Shown here piece by piece: positions 25,943 through 34,969 of a DNA stretch of 64,000 bases. Made by a program: the position numbers and the translations under genes. Position 1 is the stretch's first letter. The number at the start of each line of letters is the position of its first letter. The notes beneath the pieces are model-generated. The model searched no databases and was not told the DNA's origin. It saw only the letters and a program-made list of their open reading frames with translations. Location of the stretch: positions 234,886 through 298,885 of the forward strand of contig OY282458.1 in NCBI GenBank assembly GCA_958296245.1, in the 5' to 3' direction. This DNA is from an uncultured Dehalococcoidia bacterium. GTDB taxonomy: Bacteria > Chloroflexota > Dehalococcoidia > Lucifugimonadales > G958296245.

Positions 25943-26671
25943 ATGGCCACCGATAAAATGAAGGTTATGATAGTAGGGGCCCATCCCTCCGACCCATTCG
26001 CCAACGTGGGCGGCACCGTCGCCAAGCACGTCAAGCGCGGCGACGACGTGACCCTCGTCACCCTCACCTACGGGTTGGAGGTCCACACGGAGTACCTGAT
26101 CGGCCGGCCCGAGGCAGAGATACGGGACACGGTGCGGCAGAAGGCCATGGAGGCGGCGGCCATCGTCGGCGTCGAGGACTTCCGGTTCCTGGACTTCGGC
26201 GACACCCCGCTCGTCGCCACCAGGGAGAACCTGCTCGTGCTGGGAGAGCTGATACAGGGCGTCCGCCCCGACGTACTGATCAGCGCCCACTACCCGTTCA
26301 GGGAGACCCAACAGGGAGGCGACCACGGAGTCGCCGCCCGCATGGTCGAAACGGCGCCGTCGTGGAGGTACCACAACGGCAAGGAGCCCCACAGACCCAA
26401 GTCGATCTGGTTCCCGTACACGGACAACCTGCTCGCCTTGAGGCATCCCCTCTACAGGGTCCCCGACACCTACGTGAACATCGCCGACACGCTCGACCAG
26501 AAGATCGAGGCCTGCATCGCCACGTGGAATCTCCCGCCGGAGAAGCACGCCGGCATCGGCGACCTGCTCCGGGGGATGGCCGCCGAGCACGGGCGCGCCG
26601 CCGGCATCGAGTACGCAGAGCCGTTCGAGAGCCCTTGGCTGGAGCGCACCGCCGTGGAGTACCTGAGCTGA
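25943..26671 (+). CDS. PIG-L / LmbE-family metalloenzyme
   Basis: AHPSD, GGT.AK, LT.G, RPDV, DH, K..C, YAEPF. Confidence 0.85.
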   Translation: MATDKMKVMIVGAHPSDPFANVGGTVAKHVKRGDDVTLVTLTYGLEVHTEYLIGRPEAEIRDTVRQKAMEAAAIVGVEDFRFLDFGDTPLVATRENLLVLGELIQGVRPDVLISAHYPFRETQQGGDHGVAARMVETAPSWRYHNGKEPHRPKSIWFPYTDNLLALRHPLYRVPDTYVNIADTLDQKIEACIATWNLPPEKHAGIGDLLRGMAAEHGRAAGIEYAEPFESPWLERTAVEYLS

Positions 26672-26713
26672 GGCCGGGAGATAGCATCGGAGCGGCTTCG
26701 TAGAAGGGCGGTC

Positions 26714-26827
26714 CAACTTCAGACTCTGTGAGGTTCTCCCCTCTGGCATGGGGTCTGAACGGGTGGGGACGCTGCTTTATCGGGGCTGCGCCAGTCGAAA
26801 AGGACCTCACGAACTCTGGACCGTTAC
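26714..26827 (-). mobile_element. MITE-like family A
   Basis: TTCAGACTCTGTGAG...GCTTTATCGGGGCTGCGCCAGTCGAAAAGGACCTCACGAACTCTGGACCGTTAC. Confidence 0.75.
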
Positions 26828-26927
26828 GGGCGGTTCTGATGCTTGCGCGGGCCAGGTGCTCATGGTACGGTTGATCAACCGTGCCGTTTATGCGCAATCA
26901 TGTCACTTTTTGTCTGGCATGGCATCT

Positions 26928-27170
26928 ATGGAAGTACTGACGAAGATTACAGATGGCGGCAGGGTCGTCGTGCCCTCGGCATTCCGCAAGGCGCTTGGCC
27001 TCAGTCCCGGGGACGCCGTGCTCATGGTGTTGGAGAACGAGGAGGTGCGGCTGCTGACCCCGGACCGTGCGATACGCAGGGCGCAGGAAATCGTCCGTCA
27101 GTATGTACGGGAGGGCCGGAGCTTGGCGGATGAGCTCATCGAGGAGCGGCGCGAGGAGGCTTCCGCGTGA
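26928..27170 (+). CDS. vapB: AbrB/MazE/SpoVT-family antitoxin
   Basis: KITDGGRVVVPSAFRKALGLSPGD, overlaps the PIN gene (GTGA). Confidence 0.88.
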   Translation: MEVLTKITDGGRVVVPSAFRKALGLSPGDAVLMVLENEEVRLLTPDRAIRRAQEIVRQYVREGRSLADELIEERREEASA

Positions 27171-27550
27171 GCGAGGTCGTCCTAGACGCCTCGGCGATGC
27201 TGGCGCTCGTGAACGGCGAGGCGGGCAGCGAGCGGGTGGCGCCGATGATTCCGCGAGCCATCATGAGCGCCGTGAACGCGGCGGAGGTCACCGGGAAGCT
27301 GGCTGACGCGGGCCTGCCGGAGGATTCGATAAGGGCGGTCGTGGGCGGGTTGGGCGTCCGCATAGTAGCTTTCGAGGACGTGCAGGCGTTCGAGGTGGGG
27401 CTGTTGCGCTGCCGGTTGGCTAGGTCCGGTCTCTCGCTGGCGGACCTATGCTGTCTTACGCTGGCCCGCAGGCTGGGCGCGCCTGCGGTAACGGCAGACA
27501 CGGCCTGGCAAGACGTCGACGCCGGCGTGGAGATAGTCACGATACGCTGA
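27167..27550 (+). CDS. vapC: PIN-domain toxin
   Basis: VVLDASA, NAAEV, LSLAD, TADTAW. Confidence 0.92.
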   Translation: MSEVVLDASAMLALVNGEAGSERVAPMIPRAIMSAVNAAEVTGKLADAGLPEDSIRAVVGGLGVRIVAFEDVQAFEVGLLRCRLARSGLSLADLCCLTLARRLGAPAVTADTAWQDVDAGVEIVTIR

Positions 27551-27600
27551 GCGCCGCGCCGGGCTCGGGAATCCAGGCCCGCCGGATATTTTTTGTCACG

Positions 27601-27674
27601 ACGCGGAATCCCCCGCCGGAGAAGCACGGCGGCATCGCGGCCTGTTCCACGGGATGGCCGCCGAGCACGGGCGC
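27601..27674 (+). pseudogene. decayed copy of the 3' part of the PIG-L gene
   Basis: Aligns with 26522-26596 (CCCGCCGGAGAAGCACG.CGGCATCG...GGGATGGCCGCCGAGCACGGGCGC). Confidence 0.85.
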
Positions 27675-27724
27675 ATCGGTTAGGCCGCGAACTTGAAGTG
27701 GCGGCTTGTCATGGCTAGGCCGAG

Positions 27725-28633
27725 CTAGGCGGCCCCCGCCTGCTGGAGCGCTTGGCCTACTATGTCCACGCCCACCGATTCGCTCCACGCGGCCAGCAGG
27801 TGGTTGGAGACCGGCCCCGGCTTGCCGTCGCCTATCTTGCGCCCGTCCACCCGGGTTACGGGCAGGACGCAGAAGCTCGTGCTGGCGAAGAAGGCCTCGT
27901 CGGCGGTGTAGACGTCGTAGGGCTGGAGGTCCTCCTCGCTCACTGGGACGTCGAGCCGCCCGGCTAGGTCGAACACCGTAGCCCTGGAGACCCCCTGGAG
28001 AATGGCCGTGTCCGTGGGCGTCCTGATCACGCCGTCCGTGACGATGAAGACGTTATAGCCGGACCCCTCCGTGAGGCTTCCCGCGGCGTCCCTCAGTATG
28101 GGCCACGCGCCCGGGTCGCGGTCGTTGGCCTCCAACTCGGCGAGGTTGAAGTTCATCCTGCTGTAGTGCTTGACCTTTGGGTCGAGGGCCTCGGGCTCAT
28201 AGCTGCGAGCCTTGGTTATGGCGCCGTGGGCGCCTGTGCCGTAGTAGTGAGCGTACTTGTCGAAGACTATCGGGGTGACCCTCACGCAGACGGTCGGGGG
28301 GCCGGCGTCCCACGCGTACCTGCCGGGCCCCCGCGTCACGAACTGGTGGACGTTGACGTCCCCGCCCGGCGGGCGGAGCGGCTCGTTGCGCCGGATCGCC
28401 TCCTCGCTGATCTCGACCATCTCGTCGGCGGTGACGTCCGGCTCTATGCGGACGTACTTCAGCGACCTGTACAGGCGGTCAACGTGCTCCCTCATGCGGA
28501 AGCTCTTGCCGTCGAAGGTGCGCTCGACGTCGAAGACTACGTCCCCTACCAGGAAGCCCCTATCGAGGGGGTCTATCCTCACGCCGCCCGCCGGCACCCA
28601 TTCCCCGTTGAAGTAAGCCGTATACTCAGCCAT
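27725..28633 (-). CDS. class IV PLP aminotransferase (IlvE/D-amino acid transaminase-like), paralog 2
   Basis: DRG...GD.VF, H.DRL, KVKH, TEGSGYNVF, LQGVSR, ADEAF. Confidence 0.9.
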   Translation of the reverse strand: MAEYTAYFNGEWVPAGGVRIDPLDRGFLVGDVVFDVERTFDGKSFRMREHVDRLYRSLKYVRIEPDVTADEMVEISEEAIRRNEPLRPPGGDVNVHQFVTRGPGRYAWDAGPPTVCVRVTPIVFDKYAHYYGTGAHGAITKARSYEPEALDPKVKHYSRMNFNLAELEANDRDPGAWPILRDAAGSLTEGSGYNVFIVTDGVIRTPTDTAILQGVSRATVFDLAGRLDVPVSEEDLQPYDVYTADEAFFASTSFCVLPVTRVDGRKIGDGKPGPVSNHLLAAWSESVGVDIVGQALQQAGAA

Positions 28634-28654
28634 CGGTTGCCCTCCGCCGAGCCG

Positions 28655-29566
28655 TCACACGTTAGCCGCGAACCTGAGCGCCTGGTCGACGACGTCTATT
28701 CCCACAGCCTCGCTCCAGGCAGCGAGCAGGTTCTTGGTCATGGGGCCGGGGCGGCCGTCGCCGATGGGCCGCTTGTCCACGTAGGTGACGGGCAGTATCG
28801 AGAACGGCGTGCTGCTGAAGAAGCACTCGTCGGCCGTATAGACGTCGTAGGGCTGCAGGTCCTCCTCGGAGGCGGGGACCTCGAGCTGCTTAGCCAGGTC
28901 CAGCACCATGTCCCGGGAGATGCCGGCAAGGATGGCCGTATCGGTGGGCGTCCTGATCACGCCGTCCGTGACGATGAAGACGTTGTAGCCGGACCCTTCC
29001 GTTATGTTGCCGTCCTTGTCGGTGAGGATGGGCCACGAGCCGGGGTCGAGATCGTTGGCCTCGACCTCGGCCAGGCTCATGTTGAGCCTGCTGAGGTGCT
29101 TGACCTTCGGGTCGAGCGCCGCCGGCTCGTAGCTCCGCGTCCTGGTTATCACCCCGTGCATGCCCTTGGCGTAGTGGGGGGCGAACATGTCATAGCCCGC
29201 GAGACTGTACTTGATGTACACGTTGGGCGGACCCGCGCCCCACGCCCTCGGGCCGCCGGCGCCCCTGGTGATGATGTGGACTATGTTCATGTCCTGCCCT
29301 TCAGGCCTCAGGTGCTCGTTGCGCCGGATGCCCTCTTCGGACAGGTCGTACATCTCCTGCTCGGTCAGGCCGGGATCGACGCGCACGTACTTGAGCGACT
29401 TGTAGAGCCGGCGGACATGTTCCCTCATGCGGAAGCTCTTGCCGTTGAACGTGCGCTCCACGTCGGTCACCTGGTCGCCGAGGACAGTCCCACGGTCGGA
29501 GGGGTCAGGCGCAATCCGGCTCATCGGGAGCCACTTGCCGTTGTGATAGCCAACAAACTCGTCCAT
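28655..29566 (-). CDS. class IV PLP aminotransferase, paralog 1
   Basis: Same motifs, highly similar to 27725-28633. Confidence 0.9.
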   Translation of the reverse strand: MDEFVGYHNGKWLPMSRIAPDPSDRGTVLGDQVTDVERTFNGKSFRMREHVRRLYKSLKYVRVDPGLTEQEMYDLSEEGIRRNEHLRPEGQDMNIVHIITRGAGGPRAWGAGPPNVYIKYSLAGYDMFAPHYAKGMHGVITRTRSYEPAALDPKVKHLSRLNMSLAEVEANDLDPGSWPILTDKDGNITEGSGYNVFIVTDGVIRTPTDTAILAGISRDMVLDLAKQLEVPASEEDLQPYDVYTADECFFSSTPFSILPVTYVDKRPIGDGRPGPMTKNLLAAWSEAVGIDVVDQALRFAANV

Positions 29567-29607
29567 TTTTGCCGCCTCCCGGATCCCAAAGGGTTATGGT
29601 GCGCGGG

Positions 29608-29616
29608 ATTATAACA
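29608..29616 (-). promoter_or_regulatory. extended -10 promoter for the aminotransferase pair
   Basis: TGtTATAAT on the minus strand ~40 bp upstream of the ATG. Confidence 0.55.
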
Positions 29617-29750
29617 GGTAGGACACGCCGTTGAAGCCGATTCTCGACCCCGCCGCGGCTCCGGGTGCAGCGTCCCCAGCGCGTCGAGTCAACCCGGAAG
29701 CGGAGCAGCGCCGGGAGGGCGTGCCGCAGGATGCCGCCGTGGGGGACCGT
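29611..29750 (-). pseudogene. decayed tandem copy of the histidine phosphatase 3' end
   Basis: Translates VPHGGILRHALPALL/FRVDSTRWG/FNGVSYL versus the gene's VSHGGILKHVLSALL/FQIDSTRWG/FNDASHL. Confidence 0.85.
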
Positions 29751-30391
29751 TACAGATGGGAGGCGTCATTGAAGCGGTTGATCCGCCACAGCCTCGAGTT
29801 CATCAGCGCGCCGCCACCCTCGCCCCAGCGCGTCGAGTCGATCTGGAAGTCGAAGATCGCCGTATTGCCGACGTCGATTCCCCAGTACCTTGGGGTGCCG
29901 AGCAGCGCCGAGAGCACGTGCTTCAGGATGCCGCCGTGAGAGACCATCAGGACCACCGCGTCGTCATCGTGGTCACGCAAGACGGTCTGGACGACGCGCT
30001 CGCCTCGTTCTCTGCGCTCCCTGAGCGGCTCGGCGCCAGGGATGCTGCTCGTCCCACGCTCCTCCAAGTCGAGACCGGGGTATTGCCGCCTCGCCTCGTC
30101 CAAAGTGAGGCCCTCGACTATGCCCATGCCTATCTCCATCAGGTCGTCCCACTTCACAGGCTCCACTGCCCACAACCCGGCCATCGCCGACGCCGTGTCC
30201 AGGCACCGCTGGAGAGGGCTACAGTAGAAGTTCGTCGGCGCGAACCCCTCAGAGTCGAATCTGCCCCTCAGCGCCGCCGCCTGTTCCCACCCGGTCGGCG
30301 AGAGGCCGAACGCCGGAGGCGGCGTCTGCCCTTGGAATCTGTATTCGACGTTCGCATACGTCTCGGCATGACGCACGAAGACCAACCTCAC
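29750..30391 (-). CDS. histidine phosphatase family protein
   Basis: VRHAET, SPLQRC, L.E, VSHGG, FNDASHL. Confidence 0.92.
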   Translation of the reverse strand: MRLVFVRHAETYANVEYRFQGQTPPPAFGLSPTGWEQAAALRGRFDSEGFAPTNFYCSPLQRCLDTASAMAGLWAVEPVKWDDLMEIGMGIVEGLTLDEARRQYPGLDLEERGTSSIPGAEPLRERRERGERVVQTVLRDHDDDAVVLMVSHGGILKHVLSALLGTPRYWGIDVGNTAIFDFQIDSTRWGEGGGALMNSRLWRINRFNDASHL

Positions 30392-30705
30392 TGCGGGGCC
30401 TCCGGGTAGTAGCCATATGATTCCAACCGCTCCCGGGCCGTCCGGCGCTCAGCGTCGGTGAAGAGGCCCCGCCACCTTTCCCGCAGGACGAGGGCCTCCA
30501 CGGAGAGGTCTAGTCGTCCGAGCTCCCAAAGCCTGGTCATTCCCGCCTGGGGTTCCGGCGTGCTGAGCAATCGCCTAGCGGTCTCCAACCCGCAGTGCTC
30601 CCCTAGCATTTGCACAAGATACGTAGGCCGGTAGCCGATCTTGGCGGCGTTTGGATATATGGCGGCCATCGCCTGATCGAACCCGCCTTCCAGCCCCCGT
30701 GTCAC
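30388..30705 (-). CDS. conserved hypothetical protein
   Basis: Overlaps both neighbours. Recurrent pattern AM..IY...GY.PTY..QML...LWE.GRLDLSVEALVL...W..LF. Confidence 0.7.
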   Translation of the reverse strand: MTRGLEGGFDQAMAAIYPNAAKIGYRPTYLVQMLGEHCGLETARRLLSTPEPQAGMTRLWELGRLDLSVEALVLRERWRGLFTDAERRTARERLESYGYYPEAPQ

Positions 30706-31289
30706 CTGCCCCCTCCACGCTCGGCGGTCTCACTGGCCGGAAAGACCCCGCCGGCCTCGTCGGCCTCCAGGAGCGCCGCGAACTCGTAGCCTCGTCTCCG
30801 TATCTCCTCGCTGCCGCCCTCGCGCCGGTCCAGTATGCACAGCACCCCGACGACCTCACCCCCCTCCGCCTCCACCGCGTCGATGGCGTGGAGCAAGCTT
30901 CCCCCCGTCGTGCACGCGTCGTCAACCACGGCCACCCTCTCCCCGCGCGCCGGCGGCCCCTCGATGAGCCGGCCGCGCCCGTGGCCCTTAGCCGCCCCGC
31001 GGACGATCATCGCGTTGACGGGAGTCCCTTGGACGTGGCTCAACACCGCAACGGACGCCACTATCGGGTCGGCCCCGAGCGTGGGCCCGGCTATGGCCCC
31101 GGCGCCGAGGTCCAACGCCATGTGCAGCATGGCACTCCCGATAAGGTGACTCCCCTCGGGGTCGAGGGTGAGCAGCCTGCCGTCGAAGTAGAAGCTGCTC
31201 GTGCGGCCCGACGAGAGGGTGAAGCAGCCGAACGTGAGCGCCCTCTTCGAGGTAGCCAGCCTCAGGACAGCTTCCCCGTAGTCAGTCAT
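30702..31289 (-). CDS. pyrE: orotate phosphoribosyltransferase
   Basis: FTLSSGRTSSFYFD, KGHG, VVDDACTTGGS, DRREG. Confidence 0.95.
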   Translation of the reverse strand: MTDYGEAVLRLATSKRALTFGCFTLSSGRTSSFYFDGRLLTLDPEGSHLIGSAMLHMALDLGAGAIAGPTLGADPIVASVAVLSHVQGTPVNAMIVRGAAKGHGRGRLIEGPPARGERVAVVDDACTTGGSLLHAIDAVEAEGGEVVGVLCILDRREGGSEEIRRRGYEFAALLEADEAGGVFPASETAERGGGR

Positions 31290-31866
31290 CCGCGTAGAGT
31301 CCATTAGCGACGATATATTCGTTCACGGCGTCGGGGACCATGTAGCGAACCGTCCGTCCGCTGCGCACCCGCCTCCGCACGTCGGTGGCGCTCACGCCTA
31401 TCGGAGGGCACTCCACAGCCGCGCACCTCCCAACACCCTCCAGGGAAGGAGGCATCCGTCCAGCCGTCCCCGGGCGCGCCACCACGGCGACGGTTGCGAG
31501 CTGGAGTATCCGGCGAGGTCTGCGCCATCGGTCGAGATCCGAGACCGCGTCTCCCCCAACGACCAAGTATAGTTCCGCCTTGATCCTGCCTGCAACCTCC
31601 TCCAGCGTGTCCACCGTGTATGTTGGCCCCTCGCGCTCCAACTCCATCGGGGAGGCCTCGAAGCAACGGTTCCCCCGGATCGCCAAGTCCACCATCCTAG
31701 CGCGGTGGCGCGCCTCCGTTACGTGCGTTCCCGCCTTGAGCCAAGGTCGGCCGGCCGGCATGAACATCACCTTGTCCAAGCGGAGTTGCTCCCTGGCGCG
31801 CTCCGCGGCCACGAGATGGCCTACGTGGATCGGATCGAAGGTGCCGCCGAAGACGCCTACCCTCAA
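31282..31866 (-). CDS. nadD: nicotinate-nucleotide adenylyltransferase
   Basis: FGGTFDPIHVGH, TYTVDTL, GGD, SATDVR. Confidence 0.97.
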   Translation of the reverse strand: MRVGVFGGTFDPIHVGHLVAAERAREQLRLDKVMFMPAGRPWLKAGTHVTEARHRARMVDLAIRGNRCFEASPMELEREGPTYTVDTLEEVAGRIKAELYLVVGGDAVSDLDRWRRPRRILQLATVAVVARPGTAGRMPPSLEGVGRCAAVECPPIGVSATDVRRRVRSGRTVRYMVPDAVNEYIVANGLYADD

Positions 31867-33117
31867 CTATTCCCACTCCCACCCTACCGGGCCTACGCGC
31901 GCTCTGTCGCCGGTGGAGATGCCTGCCCTCTCCAACGCTGCTACCACACCTTGCCTCCTGAACTGGTCCATGAGCTGCAGCATCGCGGCTCCGTCCCGTT
32001 GATCGGCCATCGCCGCGAGCCGCTCTGCCGGCCTATACTGCACCCGGTATACATTCCCACTGCGCGTCACCCTCGGACGCTGTCGGGGCTTATGCGGCCT
32101 CAGGACGGGGGGAGATCCCGACCCGGACGCCTCAGGCGCCTCAGCGCGCAACCCTGCCAGCGCCGCGGCCACGTCTCCGAGGAGCTCATCCACACCCTCC
32201 CCCGTGGCCGCGGAGATGCCGTGTACTCTGGTCCCCGGCCGCACTGACTGCACCTCCCCGACCCGCGCAGCCGCTTCAGGCAGATCGATCTTGGTTACGG
32301 CTACGACCTCGGCCTTGCGCTCCAGTCCTCCCCCGTAGCGCCTGACCTCATCCCTCACCTGCAAGTACGCGTCCATTGGAGCCGGCACGGTCCCATCCAC
32401 CAAGTGGACCAGAACCCTGGTACGCTCAGCGTGCCTCAGGAACTGGTGCCCAAGTCCAACGCCCCTGTGCGCTCCCTCGACGAGCCCGGGGACATCCACC
32501 ATCACGAAGCTCAAGTCGCGCCAGCCCACGACACCCAGCACAGGCTCCAACGTGCTGAATGGGTAGCTCGCAACCCTTGGACGCGCCGAACTGACGCGCG
32601 CCAGCAGGGTCGACTTGCCCGCGTTCGGCGCTCCTACGATCCCCACGTCGGCCAAGAGCTTCAATTCAAGACGGATACTCCGCTGCTCCCCGGGATCTCC
32701 CTCCTCAGAGAGGAGCGGGAACCGATTCACCGCAGTGGCGAAGCTTGCGTTCCCCCTCCCGCCTCGGCCGCCGGCAGCAACGACTACCTCAGCTCCGGGC
32801 GTCAGCATGTCCGATATCTTCTTGTCCGCCGCCCAAACCTCAGTCCCAACCGGCACAGACACGTCAACGTCGCTCCCATCTCCCCCACGGCGCTTACGCC
32901 CCGTACCGGGCCCCCCGTCACCTGCATTTATCTGCTTCCTGTATCCCAGCGGCAGCAGGGTTGTCTCCGCAGGTGAGCATACTAGGCGGACGGATCCCCC
33001 GTGTCCTCCGTCCCCCCCATCAGGCCCGCCTCGGGGAGTGAACTTCTCCCGTCTACCAGAGACAGTTCCATTCCCGCCGGCTCCTCCCCGTACTATTATG
33101 GTTACTGAATCAATCAC
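31867..33117 (-). CDS. obgE: GTPase Obg/CgtA
   Basis: Gly-rich Obg fold GGPDGGDGG, GAPNAGKS, YPFSTL, DVPG, TKID, C-terminal OCT domain. Confidence 0.98.
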   Translation of the reverse strand: MIDSVTIIVRGGAGGNGTVSGRREKFTPRGGPDGGDGGHGGSVRLVCSPAETTLLPLGYRKQINAGDGGPGTGRKRRGGDGSDVDVSVPVGTEVWAADKKISDMLTPGAEVVVAAGGRGGRGNASFATAVNRFPLLSEEGDPGEQRSIRLELKLLADVGIVGAPNAGKSTLLARVSSARPRVASYPFSTLEPVLGVVGWRDLSFVMVDVPGLVEGAHRGVGLGHQFLRHAERTRVLVHLVDGTVPAPMDAYLQVRDEVRRYGGGLERKAEVVAVTKIDLPEAAARVGEVQSVRPGTRVHGISAATGEGVDELLGDVAAALAGLRAEAPEASGSGSPPVLRPHKPRQRPRVTRSGNVYRVQYRPAERLAAMADQRDGAAMLQLMDQFRRQGVVAALERAGISTGDRARVGPVGWEWE

Positions 33118-33129
33118 GGAACCGAGTTA

Positions 33130-33360
33130 GAAGAACCTTTTTTCCAGTAGTAGTAATAGGGTGGTCGGTGGGTTGTATAACTGCGGGGGATCCCATGCCG
33201 GACTCTGCCTCGCTGTACGGTTGGTTGTTGGGTTGCTGTACGGCGGGTGTTGGATAACTGGAAATCGTTGCCGTTGTGGTCTGGGGTCGGCTGGGTTTAT
33301 CGAACAAGCGGGTAGGTTATCGAACAGAATGATGCGACTTATCGAACAGAATGGCGACAG
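33130..33360. other. probable replication origin oriC
   Basis: Intergenic, downstream of dnaA. DnaA-trio-like CAG TAG TAG TAA TAG (33145-33159). Box-like GGTTGTATAA (33171), TGTTGGATAA (33248) and TTATCGAACA at 33297, 33317, 33339. Confidence 0.8.
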
Positions 33361-33380
33361 GACGGCTCTTCTGTCGTTCC

Positions 33381-34727
33381 CTAGAGGGCGTTCTTGATGG
33401 CCGCGATGTCTTGTCTGAGTCGGCCATCCTTGTCGAGTTGGCTGCTGATCTTGTGGTGGCCGTGTAGGATCGTGGATCGGCTCTTGTCGCCGAGGAGCGC
33501 TCCGATGGTGCTTAGGGAGAGCCCGGCTTCCTCCCTGAGTAGGTAGATGGCGACGTGGCGCGTTCTTACCGTCTTCTTGTCCCGCTGGCGGCCGGCGATG
33601 GTGTCTACGTCAGTTGAGAAGTAGTCGGACACTGCGGCGATGATTGACTCGTCGGAGACCTTCTTGCTTGCTGATCCAGGCAAGTCCGCGATCGCCTTAT
33701 CGACGAGGTCGACGGTGATCGGCTCGTTGGTCAGTTGCGAGTACGCTATGACTCGGTTCAGCGCCCCCTCCAGCTCACGTATGTTCTTGTGGAAGCGCTG
33801 GGCTAGGTCCTCGAGGACTTTGGGCTGCAGCTCGTAGCCTCCCAGGTCAGCCTTCTTCTTGAGGATGGCGAGCCGGGTCTCTAGGCCGGGGGGCTGGATG
33901 TCGGCGACGAGCCCACCCTCAAGGCGGGACTGGACCCGGCTCTCCAAGAGCGTGAGTTCGGACACGGGCCGATCGCTGGTTATGACAATCTGGCGGCCGG
34001 ACATGTGGAGAGAGTTGAAGGTGTGGAAGAAGCCTTCCTGCGTCTGCTCCTTGCCGATGATGAACTGAATGTCGTCCAAGAGCAGCATATCCACTGAGCG
34101 GTAGCTGGTCCGGAACTCATCGGCCCGTGCTTCGCGGATCGACGAGATGTACTGGCTGGTGAACTCCTCGGTTGTCAGGTAGACCGGCTCCAGTCCCATC
34201 GCGGCCGCTGCGTGGCCGATTGCGTGGAGGAGATGAGTCTTCCCGAGGCCGACGCGGGAATAGAGGAAGAGCGGGTTATAGCTGGATCCCGGATTTTCGG
34301 ACACCGCACGGGCGGCGGCATGGGCCAAGTCATTCGACTTGCCCACGACGAAGGAGTTGAAGATGAACTTCGGATTCAGAGTGGGGACCCCGTGGGAGGT
34401 CCCGTTGACGGAGGGGCGCGATGCCCCGTTTTCGGAGACCGCAGCCGGCGCGGGTGAGGCAGCCGGCGGCGTGAGGGGGCCTATGGTGAAGCGCACCTCC
34501 GCGTTGCGGCCAATGACCCGCTGTACTGCCCGGGCGATGGTGGAGTACAGCCGCCTTTCCAGCATCTCGGCGACGAACGGATTGGCTACGCCCACCACGA
34601 GCTCGTTGCCGCTGCACGATAGCCCGACGGTGCCCTTCAACCAGGTCTCGTAGCAAGGCCGGGTCACCTCTAATTGTAGCTCCCCGAGGACGGCGTCCCA
34701 GGAACCGCGGGCGTCATAAGTCGTCAA
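33381..34727 (-). CDS. dnaA: chromosomal replication initiator
   Basis: FVVGKSN, YNPLFLY, GLGKTHL, LLDDIQF, QEGFFHTFN, NIRELEGAL. TTG start inferred from GGAG. Confidence 0.98.
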   Translation of the reverse strand: MTTYDARGSWDAVLGELQLEVTRPCYETWLKGTVGLSCSGNELVVGVANPFVAEMLERRLYSTIARAVQRVIGRNAEVRFTIGPLTPPAASPAPAAVSENGASRPSVNGTSHGVPTLNPKFIFNSFVVGKSNDLAHAAARAVSENPGSSYNPLFLYSRVGLGKTHLLHAIGHAAAAMGLEPVYLTTEEFTSQYISSIREARADEFRTSYRSVDMLLLDDIQFIIGKEQTQEGFFHTFNSLHMSGRQIVITSDRPVSELTLLESRVQSRLEGGLVADIQPPGLETRLAILKKKADLGGYELQPKVLEDLAQRFHKNIRELEGALNRVIAYSQLTNEPITVDLVDKAIADLPGSASKKVSDESIIAAVSDYFSTDVDTIAGRQRDKKTVRTRHVAIYLLREEAGLSLSTIGALLGDKSRSTILHGHHKISSQLDKDGRLRQDIAAIKNAL

Positions 34728-34969
34728 GAGGCAACTCTCCCAAAAGTCATGGTCGGCTGGGCGGCGTATGCCTTTGCTGAGGACGCCGTGCCCGGCAGAG
34801 TCAGATTCTAGCACGGGGCTTGCTGGGGAAAGCAAGCCTTGAGGCCAGAACTTTTCGGGGCTTTTTGGACAGAGGTTGTATGGGCCGGGAACGCCTGTAT
34901 ACAGCGGCTTAGAGGCATGCGGCGCAAGGCGGCCCAGTGTAGGATAGCGACGGATAATTCATGAGTTGG

